A DNA stretch of 12,558 nucleotides from Pseudobacteriovorax sp. GTDB lineage: Bacteria > Bdellovibrionota_B > Oligoflexia > Oligoflexales > Oligoflexaceae. The stretch is from positions 1-12,558 of the forward strand of contig JBNKNM010000166.1 in the NCBI GenBank assembly GCA_050293845.1, in the 5' to 3' direction. Both the position numbers and the translations under genes were made by a program. This document shows, in pieces, positions 8,424 through 12,558 of the stretch (position 1 is its first letter; each line of letters starts with the position of its first letter). The notes beneath the pieces are model-generated. The model did no database searches and had not been told where the DNA came from. It was given only the letters and a program-made list of their open reading frames with translations.

Positions 8424-8456
8424 GAGGAATGCCCCCATAGTGGGCTTTCTTTCTTT
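8424..8456 (+). terminator. Rho-independent terminator closing the nuclease operon
   Basis: GAGGAATGCCC-CCATAGT-GGGCTTTCTTT stem immediately after the TAA stop, with a T-rich tail (TTTCTTTCTTT). Confidence 0.65.
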
Positions 8457-8515
8457 CCAATCCCGCCAGGAAGCGCTAGAATTTTCCCTCATCTTCTAGG
8501 TATGAGGGGTTTTAC

Positions 8516-9175
8516 ATGTTAGAAGCATTAAGTCGTGAACTTTGTGGCACAAGTCTTCCTCCCTTAAGTGGTAATATCTATTGTGTTGGTCGTAACTATG
8601 CCGCCCACGCTAAAGAGTTGCAAAATGAGATTCCCCAAGAGCCGGTTATATTCCTTAAAGCACCGGCAGCATTGAGAGCTTGGCACTCGGGTCCTCTAGC
8701 CTTTGCAGAAGAACAATTCCATCATGAAGTAGAACTAGTTCTGCTTATAGGAAATCATATCGATCGTAATGGTGAAGCAAGGTTAGAAGATATTACCGCC
8801 ATGTCTCTGGGTATTGACCTTACGCGAAGAGGAGTACAGTCAGAACTGAAAGTCAAGGGATTACCTTGGGGCATAGCCAAAAGTTTTGCTGGTGCTGGGA
8901 TCTTGTCGCCTTTTTCGCCAGTGAACAACCATATCTTGACAACAAATATCGGATTTGAGTTACTGGTAAACAATGAGCTAAGACAAAGTGGTGAAACTAG
9001 AAACATGATTTTTGGCTTTACTGCAATGCTTCGCTATCTGCTGATCCATCAGGACCTCTATCCCGGAGATATTGTTTTTACGGGGACACCACAGGGAGTA
9101 GGGGGATTGCACAAAGGTGATCGTATCCATGGACGTTCTCGGCAGTTAGGTATCGATATCAAAGGCGTACTCTAG
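8516..9175 (+). CDS. Fumarylacetoacetate hydrolase family protein (YcgM/FAHD1-like)
   Basis: Motifs IYCVGRNYAAHAKEL, EPVIFLK, HHEVEL, GIDLTRR, PWGIAKSF and GDIVFTGTPQGVG. RBS GAGGGG about 6 nt upstream. Confidence 0.95.
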   Translation: MLEALSRELCGTSLPPLSGNIYCVGRNYAAHAKELQNEIPQEPVIFLKAPAALRAWHSGPLAFAEEQFHHEVELVLLIGNHIDRNGEARLEDITAMSLGIDLTRRGVQSELKVKGLPWGIAKSFAGAGILSPFSPVNNHILTTNIGFELLVNNELRQSGETRNMIFGFTAMLRYLLIHQDLYPGDIVFTGTPQGVGGLHKGDRIHGRSRQLGIDIKGVL

Positions 9176-9343
9176 CATCGATGAGTAAAGTTACCAGGGT
9201 AGTGAATTTACGGTAAATACCGTCTGGGGTCATCATGCGATGACCAATTTTGTGCAAAATAAAAAAGCTGGGGTCGTGAAAAGAAGGAGGCTTCAACGGT
9301 CGGATACTTAAAAAACATCAGAAGTATTATTCAGCATCGAGAA

Positions 9344-10162
9344 TTGCTTGAGCTAATGCTGGTCTCGTCGGTGTTACCCAAATCTGAGGCTGGCCTGATG
9401 ACTCCACAACGTTCCATTTGTCGTGATGGAGTGCTTCTAAAAGTATTCATTCCCCAGCCTTTGCAGGAAGATCGTCAGAATACAGCAGTGCAGTTTCTGT
9501 TGACTTTTGCACTGCGTTCCCGAGCCAGTGAGTTAGCGTGCCTTTTACATTTTTTATTATGTCCAGAACTAGATCGTAAAGGACTTATTACAACTGTTTC
9601 TGAAGAAATGTTAGCAGAGTTGAAAAGTTGCATAAATCTTTACCTGCCACAAGGTATCTTTCCCCTTTTAGGGTTCAATCCTGCAGGATTGTTTCTTGAT
9701 TTTAGAAGGCCTGCTCATTGCCATTATATAGCGAGTTATGATCCGGAAATCTGTAATAAACCAACCAAGAGAGCATTTTGTGCTGCTCACAACAACGAGA
9801 CCTGGTGGTATAGGGACAGGAATCATCTTTCACGGTTAGCAACTATGATGCAATTCTATAATGATCTTCACAATTTCTATACTTATGGTAAAGAAGACCT
9901 TGATCGTTTGGTGAAGAATTTTTGGGAAAATTTTAAATCGTGGTATCAGGATAGTCAAACGTCACAGCTGCAGTTGGCCATGTCAAATTTAGCTATCAAA
10001 CATGAATCTCATCTCCAGGATCTGGGGTTCAAAGGATTGAAAAACTTATATTATCAGAAGACTCTACTCTGTCATCCCGATCGAGGAGGGGATCAAGAAC
10101 AGTTCATATTGCTAAGGCAGAGTTATTTACATTTGAAGCGCTATCTAGAGTTGGCCATATGA
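9344..10162 (+). CDS. Hypothetical protein with a C3H-type Cys/His motif and a C-terminal J-domain-like (HPD) segment; start uncertain
   Basis: C-terminus LKNLYYQKTLLCHPDRGGDQEQFILLRQSY matches J-domain helix II-HPD-helix III. Internal C-x10-C-x8-C-x2-H. The frame is open from 9263, and the TTG start at 9344 has no evident RBS. Confidence 0.75.
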   Translation: MLELMLVSSVLPKSEAGLMTPQRSICRDGVLLKVFIPQPLQEDRQNTAVQFLLTFALRSRASELACLLHFLLCPELDRKGLITTVSEEMLAELKSCINLYLPQGIFPLLGFNPAGLFLDFRRPAHCHYIASYDPEICNKPTKRAFCAAHNNETWWYRDRNHLSRLATMMQFYNDLHNFYTYGKEDLDRLVKNFWENFKSWYQDSQTSQLQLAMSNLAIKHESHLQDLGFKGLKNLYYQKTLLCHPDRGGDQEQFILLRQSYLHLKRYLELAI

Positions 10163-10911
10163 TTTAAAAATATACCTGAGGCAACAGCTACATTGAGGCT
10201 ATCGATTTCAGGTGAAATGGGGATGTGCACCGATAGATCAGCCAGTTCACTTATTTTTATATCAATACCCTCCCCTTCGTTTCCCAACACCAAAACACTA
10301 TGGGGCGCAAAGGAGTGCTGATTTAAACAGATGCTCTTACTACTTAAATCTGCAGCCACCACCTGGTAGCCGGAGTTTTTTAACTGGGTCAGTGCGGTAG
10401 CCAAGCTCTTGCAATGGTGTAGCTGGCATTTAAATACAGATCCCATGGACACCCTAATGGCACGCCTAATAAGGGGAGAGCAGCTATTCTCATCGATTAG
10501 GATGTGGGGAGCCTGCAAGGCAAGGGCATTGCGTACTATAGTTCCAACATTCTCCGCATTATTTACTCCATTGAGTGCTATGATATGCTTCCCTAAAGCG
10601 CGTAAAGGTACATCTTTGGGGCGATGGGCCAGGGACATGACCCCTTGATGGATACGAAAACCAGTAAGTCGTTTTGTCTGTTTTTCGTCTGCAATGAGAA
10701 TTTGTATGCGGCCCCGCTCTAGGAATTCTCGATACTTTTCATAAAACTGTAGGGGGCATAGGACAGAAATAACATCGATTTCTGATGATTTGAGTGCTCT
10801 TATAGTTAAACGCCCACTGTCAATAACGATCGTTTGATGATCTTTGAAGTAGCTATCCCTTTGCATGGCAAATACCCTGTAATCTTCCGCTGTCGCCTCA
10901 CGCAGGTTCAT
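10141..10911 (-). CDS. TrmH/SpoU family (SPOUT) RNA 2'-O-ribose methyltransferase
   Basis: SPOUT motifs NAENVGTIVRNA, RVSMGSVF, LVLGNEGEGI and HIPISPEIDSLNVAVASGI, plus an N-terminal substrate-binding region ending in HQGV. RBS GAGGAG upstream on the minus strand. Confidence 0.95.
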   Translation of the reverse strand: MNLREATAEDYRVFAMQRDSYFKDHQTIVIDSGRLTIRALKSSEIDVISVLCPLQFYEKYREFLERGRIQILIADEKQTKRLTGFRIHQGVMSLAHRPKDVPLRALGKHIIALNGVNNAENVGTIVRNALALQAPHILIDENSCSPLIRRAIRVSMGSVFKCQLHHCKSLATALTQLKNSGYQVVAADLSSKSICLNQHSFAPHSVLVLGNEGEGIDIKISELADLSVHIPISPEIDSLNVAVASGIFLNHMANSR

Positions 10912-11158
10912 AAGCTCCTCATCTTGTTATCATAGTGGATCTGCTTTGTACTTCGCCCAGATGATATCCGTTCCCTGGATTCCCGTTTTCTCATATATCA
11001 AGCCTGTAGAAAATACTCTTTTTGTAGGATGTGAACCAACTTTGGATTTGAATATGATTTATTTATATTAATAATTACAAATAATTATAGAAAAGTCTTA
11101 CGTGTCAGGGAAAAGAGTCGAGAAAGGTTCTAAATACATTTTCGGGAGAAAAATTAAC

Positions 11159-11377
11159 ATGAGCTGTCCAGCCATCTCAGAAACCCATACAGTGATACGT
11201 ATTTTACACTATGAAGGGTACTATTCGTTACTCTTTGAGGATGCATCCATCCTGGCCATTCCATACTCTTTCTTACAGGAACCCTGTCTAGGGGAGAAAG
11301 TTGTGATCTTGCGAAGCCATGAATATGGCTTTATCATCAAGATTTCTTCAGAGACTCAAGACCTAAACTTAGTTTAA
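11159..11377 (+). CDS. Small hypothetical protein (72 aa, beta-rich)
   Basis: ATG at 11159 preceded by GGGAG (11144-11148), in frame with the ORF-track start at 11102. It fills the gap after an AT-rich promoter-like tract (11048-11095). No family recognised. Confidence 0.55.
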   Translation: MSCPAISETHTVIRILHYEGYYSLLFEDASILAIPYSFLQEPCLGEKVVILRSHEYGFIIKISSETQDLNLV

Positions 11378-11415
11378 GTTCATTAATTTTTTAGGAAGCA
11401 ATGAGGACATTATCC

Positions 11416-11443
11416 TTGCAAGTTACTGGGGGACTGCTACAAA
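11416..11443 (+). promoter_or_regulatory. Putative sigma70-type promoter for the DUF1338 gene
   Basis: TTGCAA (11416-11421)-16 nt-TACAAA (11438-11443) with a TG extended -10 element. Strong RBS AAGGAGG at 11466-11472. Confidence 0.35.
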
Positions 11444-11478
11444 TAAGTAGTGAATACTGATTTTGAAGGAGGCGAATG

Positions 11479-12399
11479 ATGGAAAAAATTGCTTGGTGTC
11501 GAAAGGAGGTTTTCAAGAACCTATGGTCTCATTATTACCAATTAGTGCCATATGCTCCGATGATTGAGCAGGCCTTTCGTGATCGTGGTGACTCGTGGAT
11601 TGAGGATCATGTTGCATTTCGTACTTTGCCTGGAGAGTATACCGGAAAGCATATATTACAACAGATTTTCGAAATTCTGGGGTATAAAAGACAAGACGAC
11701 TATCATTTTGCAGAGAAAAAACTTGATGCTTTTTGGATGAGTCCCGATGATACTGCAGGTGCTTCCCATCAAGCTTCACCTAAAATCTTTATTTCAGAAC
11801 TTATTCCCAGTAGTTTTTCTGATGATTTTAAAAGTGAGTTGAAGCACATTACTGCACAAGTGAGTGTTTCTCCGATTCCCTTTTTAAAAGCTCTGGAAGC
11901 AGATGTTAAACATGGTAAAGCTGGTGCTGGCGAGCAACTAATAGCAAGTATCTCTACCATTCTTACTCAAGGTCCATCTTGGGCGCGTCCCACGCAAAAA
12001 TCCTATCAGTTGTTGAAGCAGGAAAGTGATTATGCTGCTTGGACTTATTTATTTGGCCATCAGATTAACCACTTTACAGTCAGTAGCCATTTAATCGAAA
12101 GCTTCTCTACTATTGAGGAACTGGGTAGTTTCATTGAAAATAAGTTGAAAATCCCTATGAATCATATAGGGGGTATGGTTAAGGGAACTCCAGAAGTATT
12201 TTTGGAGCAGATTGCAACCATGGCCGCAAAAATTAATTATCAATTCCAGGATAATATGGCTGAAATCAGTTATGGATTTGTAGAATTTGCAAAGCGCTAT
12301 CCCTTAGCAGGAAAAAAACACGATGGAAACTGGCACTCCTATTATCAAGGCTTTGTGTCTGCTAATGCCGATAAAATTTTTGAATCAACTTATAAATAG
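11479..12399 (+). CDS. DUF1338 family protein (HglS/YdcJ-like 2-oxoadipate dioxygenase/decarboxylase fold)
   Basis: Motifs EDHVAFRT, YHFAEKKLDAFW, PKIFISEL, ESDYAAW..FG..INHFT and GFVEFAKRY supply the His/His/Glu metal triad. AAGGAGG spacing favours ATG 11479 over 11476. Confidence 0.88.
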   Translation: MEKIAWCRKEVFKNLWSHYYQLVPYAPMIEQAFRDRGDSWIEDHVAFRTLPGEYTGKHILQQIFEILGYKRQDDYHFAEKKLDAFWMSPDDTAGASHQASPKIFISELIPSSFSDDFKSELKHITAQVSVSPIPFLKALEADVKHGKAGAGEQLIASISTILTQGPSWARPTQKSYQLLKQESDYAAWTYLFGHQINHFTVSSHLIESFSTIEELGSFIENKLKIPMNHIGGMVKGTPEVFLEQIATMAAKINYQFQDNMAEISYGFVEFAKRYPLAGKKHDGNWHSYYQGFVSANADKIFESTYK

Positions 12400-12434
12400 C
12401 TAATATTATATATAAATAATTAATACCCATTTAT

Positions 12435-12482
12435 GCCAAACAACGAACCTCCGATGTCACATCACAGGTTTTGTTGTTTGGC
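12435..12482. repeat. Long imperfect inverted repeat (48-nt hairpin)
   Basis: Outer arms GCCAAACAAC / GTTGTTTGGC form a perfect 10-bp stem. Inside are GAACCT / AGGTTT(T) and then GATG-TCA-CATC. Confidence 0.8.
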
Positions 12483-12490
12483 GGGCTATT

Positions 12491-12558
12491 ATGCAAAAAT
12501 TTCTTGGGATGCTGCTGGGCTTATTCATTCTTACTGATAATACTGTTGCCAAGATGAG
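12491..12558 (+). CDS. 5' end of a probable secreted protein (partial, runs off the right edge)
   Basis: My translation from ATG 12491 is MQKFLGMLLGLFILTDNTVAKM..., open to the edge. It has a basic N-terminus, hydrophobic core and TVA cleavage-like site, as in a signal peptide. Weak RBS GGCGGG. Confidence 0.5.
   Translation, partial: MQKFLGMLLGLFILTDNTVAKM

Noticed and set aside
9181..9223. Mini-ORF MSKVTRVVNLR and short overlapping palindromes ATTTAC-G-GTAAAT and ACGGTA-AA-TACCGT
   Set aside because: Too short to distinguish from chance, with no U-tract or other supporting signal.
9257..9270. AAAAAAG as a programmed -1 frameshift joining the 9240 ORF to the J-domain ORF
   Set aside because: The A_AAA_AAG heptamer (9261-9267) is not in the reading frame of the 9240 ORF, and I see no clear stimulatory structure.
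3429..11960. Short alternative-frame or antisense ORFs (3429-3668, 3571-3780, 5485-5712, 5747-5935, 5928-6149, 7976-8212, 8755-9006, 10212-10400, 10409-10648, 11513-11779, 11769-11960)
   Set aside because: They lie essentially within well-supported genes and show no recognisable protein features.
12451..12466. CRP-like site (TCACA half-sites)
   Set aside because: No TGTGA half at the required 6-nt spacing; the sequence is better explained as part of the hairpin.

Overview
Bacterial chromosomal window with no rRNA/tRNA, CRISPR array or mobile element that I can recognise. The gene content and style suggest a Gram-negative organism, possibly Bdellovibrionota/Oligoflexia-like, but this is inference only. 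In order: the 3' tip of a probable membrane-protein gene; a stand-alone Lon protease (minus strand); a divergent three-gene operon ending in a terminator; a fumarylacetoacetate-hydrolase-family gene; an unusual protein with a C3H-type motif and a C-terminal J-domain-like HPD segment; a convergent TrmH/SpoU methyltransferase; a small hypothetical protein; a DUF1338/HglS-like enzyme; a long hairpin; and the start of a probable secreted protein. The operon encodes (i) a signal-peptide-bearing outer-membrane beta-barrel, (ii) a lipoprotein with a DUF5017/choice-of-anchor-J-like beta-sandwich and a His-rich tail, and (iii) a large lipoprotein nuclease with an orphan 5'-nucleotidase C-terminal domain, an OB-fold region and an EEP domain. 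This operon (3368-8423) is the most interesting element. It looks like a surface system for degrading extracellular DNA and importing the products, built around a porin-sized barrel rather than a TonB-dependent receptor. All family assignments come from motif recognition by eye, with no database search.
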